The notes beneath the pieces were generated by a model. It was not told where the DNA came from. It did not search any database and saw only the letters and a list, made by a program, of their open reading frames with translations. A stretch of 64,000 bases of DNA, from positions 4,987 to 68,986 of IMG/VR virus record IMGVR_UViG_3300020577_004283, one strand, 5' to 3'. Positions 28,371 to 38,272 of the stretch are shown piece by piece (the stretch's first letter is position 1; every line of letters starts with the position of its first letter). This DNA comes from a virus. Taxonomy: Duplodnaviria; Caudoviricetes. A program made the translations under genes and the position numbers.

Positions 28371-31300
28371 ATGCGACTCACTACCATTATCCGTTTGCTT
28401 CTTCCGCTCCTGTTGGTGTTCCCGCAGCTCGCGACTGGCCAGTCCACCCCACCCCCCGGACTGGCTCGTGGTGCGAATGGCGCTGACATTCCGAACACCA
28501 CAACGTTTCGGTCCAATCTCGGTCTTGGCCCGATCTCCACTCTGACGGTTGGTGCCAATCTCACGACGTCAGCTGGTGCTCTGACACTGACCGATGCTGT
28601 GTCACTTGTTGACCGGGCCATCGCCCCGCGCCTCCAGGTGACCACATCCGGGGGCACGGCGATCGCACGTAACTGGACGGGTAGCACTGCTCCGTTGGGG
28701 TTCGCTGGGATCTACGAAAGCTACAACCCGTCCGGCACACCAGCCAGCGGTCTTGCTGCCTACAACTACATCGCCATCAACGGCGATACGATGGACGCAA
28801 GCAACCTGACGACCGCGCCAAACGCACTCCGTATTGCCCACAATGTTACTGGGGCGATCAAGGGCGGTCGTATCGGTTTCGCTTCTCTCATGAGCCAAGT
28901 TGGTCCGACCAATGCTCATGTGGCCGGTGGTCCTCTCGGTGGTCACTTCATCGCTGGCACCTTCCAATCTTTGGCAACTGCCAATGATGGTGGCACTGGT
29001 CTCGATGACAACAATGGCCGTGGAACGCTGTATGCGTTGTATCCACAAGCTATTCTTGGTCCTGCCGCAACCAACTGGATCGGACTCGTCGGACAGGAAA
29101 TGGACATCGCTGCACAGGCGGGGTCCAGTATGGTTCATAAGATCGGCAGCCTGATGGTGCTGACTGATCTTGACGCTGTTCAGGGTGTGGGAGATGACGC
29201 CGCCTACGCGATCGCTGGTGGCCTGAACGTTCCGGGCTGGAAATACGGTATCAGCTTTGGACGCAAGATCGCGGCCATGGGTATGGACCCATCTGCGACA
29301 CTGATTGGTGTGCCTTCGCAATACAACGCAGTGACCCGTAACAATCTTGCAGCCTATGGTGTCGATCTGCGTCGGGTGAAGTTTTCGGGTTCGCCGTTCA
29401 CTGCTGGCAGCTTTTCTGTTGAAGACACTGGTGGTCTATCGGCTGGTCCTCTTGTTTTCAATCCTGTGTCTGGCGGTATTACTGTCAATTCGATCCGTCA
29501 GAAAGCAGCTGTTTCGGGGGTGGCTTCATCTGTTAGTGGCTTCATCGTTGGCCAGTATTTGTATGGTCCAATGGGCGAAATCGCAGTTGTCGACACTGTC
29601 GATGGTTCTGGTAACGTAACTCGTGCGTCGTTTGTTCCAGGTCGGGAGGCCTATAGCGCCTCGCCGCCTGCAAACCCGATCGCGATGACCGGGGGTTCGC
29701 ACGCGTCCATTGGTGAGTCTGGTGTTTCGTTGAACTACACCTGGACCGCCCAACCAAATCTTCAGCTGCAGTCTGCAGGTGGTGCTACGACGGTCGGTGG
29801 CACGTTGGGCGTGACTGGTATCGGAACGTTCACTGACAACGTTGTCGCATCAAACGGCACGGCTGCACCCATCACTTTGTCCAACGGTGTTATCAGCACG
29901 CCGAGTGGGCAGAACATGACGATACGGACCGTTGGTGCTGGCACGTCAATTTCCATGGGTGCCAGCACGTCAGGTCTGGGTAACGGGTTTGTGGTCACAT
30001 CCAACAGTAATGGCAATTTCCTGTTTGGATCAGCACCAAATGACATTCAGGCAGTAAACCGCCTGACGTTTTCTACCCAGCGGTCTACAGGTGGGTCGTA
30101 TGCATTGAGCGGGAGTGCCACTCCGACAGCGATCACTGGAAACGGTTCGACGATCACTATCACGTATCCAGCACAACCGACAATCATTCCTGCTGCGTCT
30201 ACGGTCACGTTGACGGGTGTAACTCCTTCAGGGTATAACGGGACGTATTCCGTCGTGTCGTCTACATCTACGTCGGTGACAGTCAACGGGACTGCCACCG
30301 GGACTGTGACGGTGTTTGGCTCGATGGCATACAACATCGCGGCGCCTCGCATCGTGACGTGGAACTCCAACTGGTCGGGCACAGCAGCGACTGGAACGAT
30401 GTTTAATCCCTACACAATGGGTGTTGCATCTGACACAGCAGATACGGGTGGGTCTTCACCCATCTTGACGCTCAACCACAATTGGGGTGGTGCCGCGAAA
30501 GGCAGCAAGGGTGTTCTTCGTGCGACGCTCACACACACGAGTGCTACCAACGATCCTTTCACAGGCACGATTAATCAACAACACACGGTCGCTGATTTGT
30601 GGGGAACGACCGCATACAACGCGGGTGGCACAGGAAGCAACGCTCTGTCGGCCGGTTCTTTCTATGGGACCAACCCCCAGCTTTTGTTTCAACCGGGTGC
30701 TACATGGTGGCGTTTGGGTAACGCTCTTGGTGAAGTGAACCTTGCTGTATACGCCAGCTCCAACACCATCACGTTGGGGGGAACTGCGACAGCAGGTGAC
30801 ACACTCTCTATCCAGTTCACTTCAGCCGATATCGCTGGGTCTCCTGTCACTGTTTCGTGGGTTGTTGGGACCGGGCAAAATACGTCCCAGATGGCCAATA
30901 GTCTGCAGGCCGCGATCAACGCTAACGCTGCGTTGGTCAACGCGAAAGTCTCAGCAAGCGCAACCACCAACACATTGACCATCTACTGGTTCACGCATCT
31001 TGCCTCGCTGACAATCACTCCGTCGGTAACAGGTGCTGGCACTGAAACGATGGTGTTGGGGACTCCGGTTTCAGGTGCATCTGTGGACATCAAATTGATG
31101 GCCTCACTGATCCGTTTGGGGGAAGATAGTGCTCCTGGCACGTTGAACAGTGCGTTTATGTTGTTTGGGGCCCAACCCTACAGTGGTGACGCTGGCTTGT
31201 TCAACAACGGGTTGGTGTTTGGTGGGTTGTCCGGCTACGATGCTTCGTGGTCTTGGCACAAGGACTCCACGCTGATCGGCGCTGGGCTTCAGCAAACACT

Positions 31301-32201
31301 CGGCGGCAACGGTCGTACAGGCGTTCTGACCGCTAATCTAGCCAAGTATGGGGTAGACTTCCAAAGGGTCTCCTTCACGAGCACAGGCGCTGCGTGGCGG
31401 TCGCCCGGTAACATCATCGGCTACGACGGCACCCACTACATTGGTGGTTACAAGATCAGCGCTGATGGAAACGGTTTGACCATTGACACAGGTGTCGGTA
31501 AGACAGCAACGGCTGTGACGTTGGCATCTGGTGGTGGCGGCGGTGTTGGGACTGTATCCAACAACTACTATCCCAATCTTGATATTGGGTTCGCGTTGGG
31601 TGGTGTGTTGAAGGTCACTGGTGTGAACGCATCGACTGGTGCGGTCACCACGTTCAGCCCACTTGTTATGCCTTCATACCAATCTGGGTCCGCCCCGTCT
31701 AATCCTGTCACAGTGGATGGTGGATCAGGTGCCGGGTGGACTGTCAACATCACGTGGCCAACTTCCCCTACACTCAATCTGCAGACCAGTGGTGGTGACA
31801 CCAACGTTGGTGGTGGACTCTGGATCAAAGGTCTGGGGACCACGGGCAACGGCCTGAGCTTCGCTGAACACCAGCTATACGGTGCAACATCACAGCGTAA
31901 GCTCATCACGTATTATGAAGAAAACGCAGGAGCAGTCCTGCGTGGGCAGATGGGCCTGAACACTGGTAACGATTGGTTTGTCGAACAGTTTAACGCGTCG
32001 GGTGCGTCTCAGGGCACCGCTATCCTGTTTTCCTCGGCTACAGGTCTTCCGAAGTTTGGTCGGACTGGTGCATGGACCGCGAATGGTTCAGTCGCAACCA
32101 CGATGACCAGCGTGGGACCAACTGGTTCCCACACCACGGTCCAGGAGTGGTTCACTGTTCAGAACGCTTCTGGTGTCACTCGCTACATCCCTGCATACTG
32201 A
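28371..32201 (+). CDS. large (1276 aa) fibre/adhesin-like protein with signal-peptide-like N-terminus and an internal duplication
   Basis: MRLTTIIR + LLLPLLLVF + ATG/Q; Gly/Ser/Thr-rich; two YGVD[LF].RV.F modules. Confidence 0.75.
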   Translation: MRLTTIIRLLLPLLLVFPQLATGQSTPPPGLARGANGADIPNTTTFRSNLGLGPISTLTVGANLTTSAGALTLTDAVSLVDRAIAPRLQVTTSGGTAIARNWTGSTAPLGFAGIYESYNPSGTPASGLAAYNYIAINGDTMDASNLTTAPNALRIAHNVTGAIKGGRIGFASLMSQVGPTNAHVAGGPLGGHFIAGTFQSLATANDGGTGLDDNNGRGTLYALYPQAILGPAATNWIGLVGQEMDIAAQAGSSMVHKIGSLMVLTDLDAVQGVGDDAAYAIAGGLNVPGWKYGISFGRKIAAMGMDPSATLIGVPSQYNAVTRNNLAAYGVDLRRVKFSGSPFTAGSFSVEDTGGLSAGPLVFNPVSGGITVNSIRQKAAVSGVASSVSGFIVGQYLYGPMGEIAVVDTVDGSGNVTRASFVPGREAYSASPPANPIAMTGGSHASIGESGVSLNYTWTAQPNLQLQSAGGATTVGGTLGVTGIGTFTDNVVASNGTAAPITLSNGVISTPSGQNMTIRTVGAGTSISMGASTSGLGNGFVVTSNSNGNFLFGSAPNDIQAVNRLTFSTQRSTGGSYALSGSATPTAITGNGSTITITYPAQPTIIPAASTVTLTGVTPSGYNGTYSVVSSTSTSVTVNGTATGTVTVFGSMAYNIAAPRIVTWNSNWSGTAATGTMFNPYTMGVASDTADTGGSSPILTLNHNWGGAAKGSKGVLRATLTHTSATNDPFTGTINQQHTVADLWGTTAYNAGGTGSNALSAGSFYGTNPQLLFQPGATWWRLGNALGEVNLAVYASSNTITLGGTATAGDTLSIQFTSADIAGSPVTVSWVVGTGQNTSQMANSLQAAINANAALVNAKVSASATTNTLTIYWFTHLASLTITPSVTGAGTETMVLGTPVSGASVDIKLMASLIRLGEDSAPGTLNSAFMLFGAQPYSGDAGLFNNGLVFGGLSGYDASWSWHKDSTLIGAGLQQTLGGNGRTGVLTANLAKYGVDFQRVSFTSTGAAWRSPGNIIGYDGTHYIGGYKISADGNGLTIDTGVGKTATAVTLASGGGGGVGTVSNNYYPNLDIGFALGGVLKVTGVNASTGAVTTFSPLVMPSYQSGSAPSNPVTVDGGSGAGWTVNITWPTSPTLNLQTSGGDTNVGGGLWIKGLGTTGNGLSFAEHQLYGATSQRKLITYYEENAGAVLRGQMGLNTGNDWFVEQFNASGASQGTAILFSSATGLPKFGRTGAWTANGSVATTMTSVGPTGSHTTVQEWFTVQNASGVTRYIPAY

Positions 32202-32212
32202 AAGGACATCGT

Positions 32213-32587
32213 GTGTTTCGCTACATCCTCGCCATCGCCACACTGTTTCTGCCGTTGACCGTTCACGCGCAAACACCCCCGGCCCCTGCGTCGGTGGACT
32301 TTGTCATCATCCCGCGGCCGGTCCTTGGTCACGCCCTGAACATCATCGCCTATCCTGGGCAAACTCGTGACCAGGTCGTAGACGTTGTCGACGCACTCCG
32401 GGAATGCGTCTTGGTTCAGGGCAAGCTCGGGGTCGTCAACCCCCAAGCTCGGACTGAGTGTAGCAACGTCGCCCAGGCTGTGGCTCAGTGGGGTGCTGAG
32501 TCAAAGAATAAGATCACCGAGCTCGAAGCTCGGATCGTCGATCTGGAGAAAAAGCTCGCCGAACAACGTCAAACTCCGCGCCAGTAA
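32213..32587 (+). CDS. signal-peptide-bearing coiled-coil protein
   Basis: RBS AAAGGA 32201-06, GTG 32213; MFRYILAIATLFLPLTVHA/Q; C-terminal heptads. Confidence 0.6.
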   Translation: MFRYILAIATLFLPLTVHAQTPPAPASVDFVIIPRPVLGHALNIIAYPGQTRDQVVDVVDALRECVLVQGKLGVVNPQARTECSNVAQAVAQWGAESKNKITELEARIVDLEKKLAEQRQTPRQ

Positions 32588-32596
32588 GGATTTGTC

Positions 32597-33046
32597 ATGT
32601 CAATTCGCTCGTTGGCAAAATTCATAATGAACTCAAACCAACGGAGCGAGCTGCTCACTATTGTGGCTGCACTGTGGCTCACTCTTGGTGTGTTGTTTCG
32701 ACAACAACCGTTTGAGTCCAGTGCGGTGTTCTTCTCCAGCATATCACAGAATGGCCGTTACTGGGTCCCTACTGTGTGGTTGTTGGCTCTATCAGTGCTG
32801 CCGATTGTTGGGGTCGTCAGCCGAAACCTAAAGTTTCAGCTTGTCGTCAATATGCTCTGCGTTAACTCTTGGGTCTTCTTCAGTATAATCTTTTCAAGGG
32901 AATGTGGGGTATTTTCACCAGGAGTCGGCCTATGTCTAACATTGCTATCATCGAGCGTGTTGAGCAACCGGCGGATCTTTGGTCAACTCTTCGCAAAAAG
33001 GTCGGGGTCGTGGGGTCATTGGGAGACACCGTCATCGGTGCAGTGA
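32597..33046 (+). CDS. multi-pass membrane protein (lysis region)
   Basis: About four hydrophobic segments. Confidence 0.55.
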   Translation: MSIRSLAKFIMNSNQRSELLTIVAALWLTLGVLFRQQPFESSAVFFSSISQNGRYWVPTVWLLALSVLPIVGVVSRNLKFQLVVNMLCVNSWVFFSIIFSRECGVFSPGVGLCLTLLSSSVLSNRRIFGQLFAKRSGSWGHWETPSSVQ

Positions 33047-33369
33047 CTGCTGCTGGTGGTATCGCTGGTATCGTTTCGTTGCTGAATTGGTTCAGCGCTC
33101 GACAAGCCAGTCGCCGTGAGCAGTCTGTGGACATACGGCGGGTCACAGACCAGGCAACCGCGACACTGATCGCGAACCTGGAGCGGCACCGCACAGAATG
33201 TGAAACAAGAATGGCACAATTGGAGGAACGATGCGAAAGGTTGGAAGCTGTCATCCCGATCTTTCGGCTCCGGGACGACGTGATGACCGGGTTCATCAGT
33301 TCTCTTGGGCAGCCGTTGCCGCGGATGCCTTCAGTCACTTGGCCAGAACATGGGAGCGAGCATCTGTGA
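33010..33369 (+). CDS. membrane-anchored coiled-coil protein, holin/antiholin-like (start uncertain)
   Basis: N-terminal TM (AVTAAGGIAGIVSLLNWF) followed by a coiled coil. Confidence 0.5.
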   Translation: MGSLGDTVIGAVTAAGGIAGIVSLLNWFSARQASRREQSVDIRRVTDQATATLIANLERHRTECETRMAQLEERCERLEAVIPIFRLRDDVMTGFISSLGQPLPRMPSVTWPEHGSEHL

Positions 33370-33632
33370 ACAAGGACCCGTTACTTACACCACAAACCAT
33401 CATCGCCACGGTCACGATGCTGGTGTTCGCTGGCACCGTGGTCGCCGTTTTCAACTACGGTTCGGCTGAGACCATCAGTCAGGTGGTGGGCGGTGTGACC
33501 GGACTGGCCGGTATGGTGATCAGTTTCTTCTTCGGCAGCAGCAGAAGCTCGCAGGCCAAAGATCAAACCAGCGCCGAACTGCAGAGCAAACTCGCTGACG
33601 CTGTGACTACCCCGACCCCGCCTAAAGGCTGA
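33366..33632 (+). CDS. putative holin
   Basis: Two TM segments ending in MVISFFFGSSRSSQAKD, a common holin-like motif; last gene of the late operon. Confidence 0.65.
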   Translation: MNKDPLLTPQTIIATVTMLVFAGTVVAVFNYGSAETISQVVGGVTGLAGMVISFFFGSSRSSQAKDQTSAELQSKLADAVTTPTPPKG

Positions 33633-33650
33633 GCCTACCCACCCAGCCGG

Positions 33651-33677
33651 CTAGAACGACCGCTACAGTCGTTCTAG
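33651..33677. repeat. perfect 10-bp inverted repeat (CTAGAACGAC-cgctaca-GTCGTTCTAG) at the convergent operon junction; possible terminator
   Basis: Read directly; lies between the + and - gene blocks; no clear U tract. Confidence 0.7.
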
Positions 33678-33733
33678 AGCTAGGGCCGAGGGGGTAGGTC
33701 GGGGTAAGCCCCTCCCGCCGCCCTAACCCCCGG

Positions 33734-35212
33734 CTAGGGGTCGGCGAGCCAGCTTCTGACACCGTCACCCATCACCATATCTGACACGTTCTTCTTGGCA
33801 ATGAGCGCCTTGAGGATACGTTCTTCAACTGTTCCGTGGGCGATGATGTCTGTGTAGGTGACGGATCGCTTCTGACCCATGCGGTGGAAACGGTCTTCGC
33901 TCTGGACACGATGCTCCAGATCAAACGAATTTCCGTAGTAGACAACTTGGTTGCACGAAATCAAGGTCAGTCCATAAGCAGCTGCTGATGTGCTGATCCA
34001 GATATCAGCGTCTCCATACTCAAACTCGGCGACAGCCTTGGCCCGCTCGTCCGGGGGTGTTCCGCCGTGGTATTCGACCACTTTCAGCTCGGGGTGGTTC
34101 TCTCGGAAATGCCAGACCAGGGCGTCAACTTCTGGTCTACGGGCACACCAGAAGGCGGTTTTGCCAGACGAGTCGTTGATGATGTCATCGACGGCTGCAA
34201 GTCGGTTGTTTTTCAGGTGACGGATAGTCCCGTCGTCTTCGGTGATGTAGCCTCTGGCGATCTCGGTGAGTCGCATCACCTTGGTCATCGCGTGTGATGT
34301 GGAGGCGAACCCACCGTTGTCGAATTCTACCGTGGCGAACTTCGCCATCTGACGATAGAGGGATTTCTGTTCATCAGTGAGTGCCACTAGTCTTCGCATG
34401 TAGATCTTCGGTGGAAGATCCAGACAATCCTCTTTGAGGACTCGGAACCGATACGGCTCCACAAGACGCTCCAGCCTTGGGATGTCTCGGTAGCCGATGA
34501 CCTTGTCGACGTTGCGTTTGACGGTCTGCTCCTGACCGTTTCTGAACACTTTCTGGTTGAACCCGATCCGTTTCATCACGCAGTAACGTGCCCGAAATGT
34601 GTGATAGTTGGACCCCAACACTGATGACAGACCCAAGAACGCCATCTGACCCCAAAGATCCAGAGGGGACTTAGTCACGGCTGACCCGGTCATTGCCCGT
34701 CGAACCACAGCGTGCCGGCCGATACGGACCATTACCATCGTCCGATCGGCGTCGATGTTCTTGATTTTGGTGCTCTCGTCACAGATGACAGCACACGGGG
34801 CGTTCTTGACAAAGTTCTCGGCCACCACACTGGCTTTGGACTTCATACCGAACGCTTCCACGTTCATGACCAAGATCCTGAGACCACCCGGACCATTGAC
34901 AAGTCGGTGCAGACCCTTCTTCTCCTCGACCGACCCGCCACCTTCCCACTGATGGGCAACGACCGAGATATAGTCAGGAACATTTTCCGGCAGGTGCTTG
35001 GCCAACCAGTCGGCGTAGGACCCTTTGCCTGCGACGATCAACGCTCGTTGGATCTTGCCGTCAAGATACAGCTGCAACAGCTCGTCAATGGCAACTTTGG
35101 ACTTTCCAGTGCCCATCTCCATCTGGTAGAAGAAACTGGACATCCCGTATGCCTTCTTCAAGGCATCCTGCTGGTGTTTCCTCGGTGGTCTGGTCGGTAT
35201 AAGGGCGGTCAT
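33734..35212 (-). CDS. SNF2-family (SF2) helicase
   Basis: MEMGTGKS, ICDEST, MTGSAVTKSPLDLWGQ, GLTL and QSEDRFHRMGQ motifs. Confidence 0.92.
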   Translation of the reverse strand: MTALIPTRPPRKHQQDALKKAYGMSSFFYQMEMGTGKSKVAIDELLQLYLDGKIQRALIVAGKGSYADWLAKHLPENVPDYISVVAHQWEGGGSVEEKKGLHRLVNGPGGLRILVMNVEAFGMKSKASVVAENFVKNAPCAVICDESTKIKNIDADRTMVMVRIGRHAVVRRAMTGSAVTKSPLDLWGQMAFLGLSSVLGSNYHTFRARYCVMKRIGFNQKVFRNGQEQTVKRNVDKVIGYRDIPRLERLVEPYRFRVLKEDCLDLPPKIYMRRLVALTDEQKSLYRQMAKFATVEFDNGGFASTSHAMTKVMRLTEIARGYITEDDGTIRHLKNNRLAAVDDIINDSSGKTAFWCARRPEVDALVWHFRENHPELKVVEYHGGTPPDERAKAVAEFEYGDADIWISTSAAAYGLTLISCNQVVYYGNSFDLEHRVQSEDRFHRMGQKRSVTYTDIIAHGTVEERILKALIAKKNVSDMVMGDGVRSWLADP

Positions 35213-35781
35213 TCTTCTTCCTCATTCCAGGTGAGTGACTTAGTCGGCGCCTCCAGCACCAACCAGCCCGCCCTGATTGCACGACGATACATACGGCGGG
35301 TTAGACCTTCTTGAAAGCACTGATCGACTGTTTTTCCAGTCTGCATCTTGGCATAATCGTGGTAGGAGACGTTGAACATCTTGTATGGATTTGGTGAAAT
35401 TGAAACAATGATACGGGGATCAGAGACTGGCCCGTATATCCTGGGCCGACCGTGTTTTTGTTTCAATTTACCAGGTCTTGGTCTGAGATCAGACTGCCTA
35501 CGCCACCGGTAGATGTTGCGCCCCACAAGAACTTTGACGATAGACACTGAAAGTTCATCAGATCGGCCAGATAACGACAGGATCAGTTTCGCACGATCCA
35601 GCTTCGCTTTTCGGCACTGCTTGTATAGGTCTTCAGCGTCACCAGGAGGCCACACCCCATACACGAACACAGGCCACATGGTTTTGACACATAGCCAAAG
35701 ATGCTTGACCTGCCGGTCTGTGAGCAATGACAGATAGTCTTTGTCTTTCTCACCGACAACGGTTTCGTAGAGGAAGAACAT
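35209..35781 (-). CDS. hypothetical protein with a C-terminal NP..G.TV small domain
   Basis: NPYK...GKTVDQ...G shared with two other ORFs in this window. Confidence 0.55.
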   Translation of the reverse strand: MFFLYETVVGEKDKDYLSLLTDRQVKHLWLCVKTMWPVFVYGVWPPGDAEDLYKQCRKAKLDRAKLILSLSGRSDELSVSIVKVLVGRNIYRWRRQSDLRPRPGKLKQKHGRPRIYGPVSDPRIIVSISPNPYKMFNVSYHDYAKMQTGKTVDQCFQEGLTRRMYRRAIRAGWLVLEAPTKSLTWNEEEE

Positions 35782-35782
35782 G

Positions 35783-36025
35783 TTACCTTCTTGTCTTTGG
35801 CCAACCGGTCAACCGCCCAAGGTCTTTGGGGTCAACGATCCTTGGGTCACGTGTGTCGTAAACACAAACAGCCTCGTTCCACTCTATGTCTTTGAACTTG
35901 CGGCCGCGCCAATCGATGAGGGTGGTCCGAGCTTCGTTGCAGGCGAACGCATTGGTGAACCAGGTCTTCTGATCAGCGACTTCACAAGAGCCTAGCCGAC
36001 AGATAAAAACAACCAGGAACCACAC
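35783..36025 (-). CDS. small hypothetical protein, hydrophobic N-terminus, four Cys
   Basis: ORF in a tightly packed - strand block. Confidence 0.45.
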   Translation of the reverse strand: MWFLVVFICRLGSCEVADQKTWFTNAFACNEARTTLIDWRGRKFKDIEWNEAVCVYDTRDPRIVDPKDLGRLTGWPKTRR

Positions 36026-36028
36026 AGG

Positions 36029-36409
36029 TCAGGCCTCCTTCTTGTCAAAGTCCTGCATCTGGACGGTATTGTAGCGCCTTGAACTCGTCGGTGAAAGAAG
36101 ATCTAGATAAACCAATGCTTCTGTATCGTCTGGCGTTCTGAACCCGACCACCCTCCATGTGCCATTCAGTTCAATGGACGCAAGCCATGTCCCGATCGGT
36201 GCGTAGTTTTCTCCTCGCAACATACGGACCACTGTTGCGTTCGGATACAGCTGCCGCACCCAAGCGCACCAATCCTCGGGGCGAACCCCGAGGATCTCCA
36301 GATAGTTGTTGATCATCAGGAGAACGTGAAGACCTGTGACCCGTTGATCGAGTACAGGCCACGACCTTTCTGTGGACCCTTCTCCAACCGGAGATGGCCC
36401 TTGATGCAC
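36029..36409 (-). CDS. hypothetical protein (start uncertain), similar to 36814-37038
   Basis: LGVRPEDWCAWVRQLYPNA resembles LSVRGEDFDEWIKRLWPEA. Confidence 0.45.
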   Translation of the reverse strand: MHQGPSPVGEGSTERSWPVLDQRVTGLHVLLMINNYLEILGVRPEDWCAWVRQLYPNATVVRMLRGENYAPIGTWLASIELNGTWRVVGFRTPDDTEALVYLDLLSPTSSRRYNTVQMQDFDKKEA

Positions 36410-36801
36410 AGAGCACGCAGGACGTAGCTCAGGGTCAGCTTGTTGCAGTTGAACCCGCGCGTCAACTCAGGGTAGGATTTGCGGGTGCCCAACGGCAGAA
36501 GTTTGTCCCAAATCTGGGTGGTGTATTGCTGATACGTCTCAGCCGACACCTTGCCACGAGCTTTCCACGCGACATTCGGTGGAAGAGGGACGATGCCCTG
36601 TGTCGGGATCGCCAAGGGCAATCCTTCTTGGATCATCGGCGAGGGCGGGAAAGGGACCGGTGCCCGTGGTGGCTTGGGCGCCTTCACGTGTGCCTCTTGG
36701 ACAAGGACCTTCACACGGTCCGTATTGGGATGTGTCGAGATGATGACAGACACCCCATCAGGGTAGAAGATCTCGATGTCATTGACAGTGAGTTTACGCA
36801 T
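36316..36801 (-). CDS. hypothetical protein, possible C-terminal winged HTH
   Basis: KLTLSYVLRALCIKGHLRLEKGPQKGRGLY pattern. Confidence 0.5.
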   Translation of the reverse strand: MRKLTVNDIEIFYPDGVSVIISTHPNTDRVKVLVQEAHVKAPKPPRAPVPFPPSPMIQEGLPLAIPTQGIVPLPPNVAWKARGKVSAETYQQYTTQIWDKLLPLGTRKSYPELTRGFNCNKLTLSYVLRALCIKGHLRLEKGPQKGRGLYSINGSQVFTFS

Positions 36802-36813
36802 TGGCGGAACCTT

Positions 36814-37038
36814 TCAAAGCCAGTAGATGTAGAGCTCGGCTGATGCTTCGCCCTTGTTGTGAACGCCTACCACATCAGCCTGCATGTCGGGACCGATATG
36901 GGCAGTCTTGTCGCCTGGTTCTCCGTATGTTTCTCCTGCACCAGTTTCGACAATGATCTTGGCTTCGGGCCAGAGCCTCTTGATCCATTCGTCAAAGTCT
37001 TCGCCCCTAACGGACAAAAACCACTTGGTCCAGCCCAT
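36814..37038 (-). CDS. small hypothetical protein
   Basis: Packed ORF in the early block. Confidence 0.5.
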   Translation of the reverse strand: MGWTKWFLSVRGEDFDEWIKRLWPEAKIIVETGAGETYGEPGDKTAHIGPDMQADVVGVHNKGEASAELYIYWL

Positions 37039-37041
37039 AGC

Positions 37042-37644
37042 TCACACCCTCAACAAGGTCTGACCCGCCACAAACCCCCGGACCTTCCTGTGGGCCTGGT
37101 CCTGGATCCACTCGGGGGCGTCACCGAGGACTTTCTCCCACCCGTCAGCGACGACGGGAACCCAGGTCTTGCGGAGACGATCATGGGTCCGGGGGCGGAG
37201 GGCGGCGAGAAGTGACGGGTTGGTGATGAACAGCCGAAACATTTCGGCAAACCACTCCGCGTCATTGGGGCAGTAGTTTGTCAGGCGTTCTTCACGCGAC
37301 GCCTGACGAATGTCGGTGGCGTATGTGCTCCAGTAAGGTCCGGCCTGTGTGCCGGTTGCGCAGTCCGCATGGTGGCCCAGCTCATGGGCGAGGACCCCGT
37401 ATGGGGTCCGGTCGATCACATACCCAGGCCACGACCACAACGGCTTGCCGTGAGACGCTGATGCACAGAGGCTTTCACAGATCGTGATGGTGGTTGGCCG
37501 GTAATAGGCGCAGGTTCGGCCGAACCGCCAGTTTTCGCTGGCGACCTTTTTGATTGCTGGCATCACGAGATTGTTGGCGTTGCAGAACTTTTCCAGCAGC
37601 TCCACACCGCGGGCGAACATCGTGCTTTTCAGAGGACGTGTCAT
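37042..37644 (-). CDS. zincin-like metallopeptidase domain protein
   Basis: HELGH motif and a downstream EWFAEMFR third-ligand helix; start MTRPLK at 37644. Confidence 0.75.
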   Translation of the reverse strand: MTRPLKSTMFARGVELLEKFCNANNLVMPAIKKVASENWRFGRTCAYYRPTTITICESLCASASHGKPLWSWPGYVIDRTPYGVLAHELGHHADCATGTQAGPYWSTYATDIRQASREERLTNYCPNDAEWFAEMFRLFITNPSLLAALRPRTHDRLRKTWVPVVADGWEKVLGDAPEWIQDQAHRKVRGFVAGQTLLRV

Positions 37645-37943
37645 AGCGGCAACGTTCCTTCGTGGGCGGGCGGACCGCTGTTGTTCATGATGATGGTGAT
37701 CTTGTTTTGCTTGTCCCTGACAAGCACCCACCATTTCCAGTTGAACCGGTTGCCCAATCTGGCGGCCGCTGACTCCATGATAACCACGTCACCCTGGTTG
37801 GGGTTTGCGACAAATACGTCGATCATGACCTGATGGTCGGTGGCCTTGATCCGGCTGGCCTGTCGGAGTGGGAGTCGGTAGATAGTCAAGATCTCATCGA
37901 TCATGACTGCCAAGTCACGAAGCGTCATCACTTTGTTGTTCAC
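37641..37943 (-). CDS. hypothetical protein
   Basis: Overlapping start/stop codons with both neighbours. Confidence 0.5.
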   Translation of the reverse strand: MNNKVMTLRDLAVMIDEILTIYRLPLRQASRIKATDHQVMIDVFVANPNQGDVVIMESAAARLGNRFNWKWWVLVRDKQNKITIIMNNSGPPAHEGTLPL

Positions 37944-38239
37944 ACCACAGTCCTCGCGTTGAGAAATTCACCATCGAGCAACGTTCCGAGAATTTCCAGA
38001 AGACACAACGGATAGTCGTCTGTCAACAACTCCCAATCAGGGTGCGCGACGAGAATGTTGGTGGCTCCTAGTGGGAGATACAACAGGATATTTTCAGCAC
38101 ACTGAAGATCCTGTGGAGAATGCCACTGAGCAACGACAGCGAGTCGCTGGTCAACATACTGGTCTGGCGGAAGTTCGCCAACGACAAACAACTCGAGTTG
38201 GCGGCAGATGTTTCGGAGCTGAGGATAGAGACCTGACAT
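37940..38239 (-). CDS. hypothetical protein
   Basis: First gene behind promoter 38273-38309; RBS AGGAG. Confidence 0.6.
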   Translation of the reverse strand: MSGLYPQLRNICRQLELFVVGELPPDQYVDQRLAVVAQWHSPQDLQCAENILLYLPLGATNILVAHPDWELLTDDYPLCLLEILGTLLDGEFLNARTVV

Positions 38240-38272
38240 GGGAATCTCCTGGCGGGAGAACGTAACTCGGAT

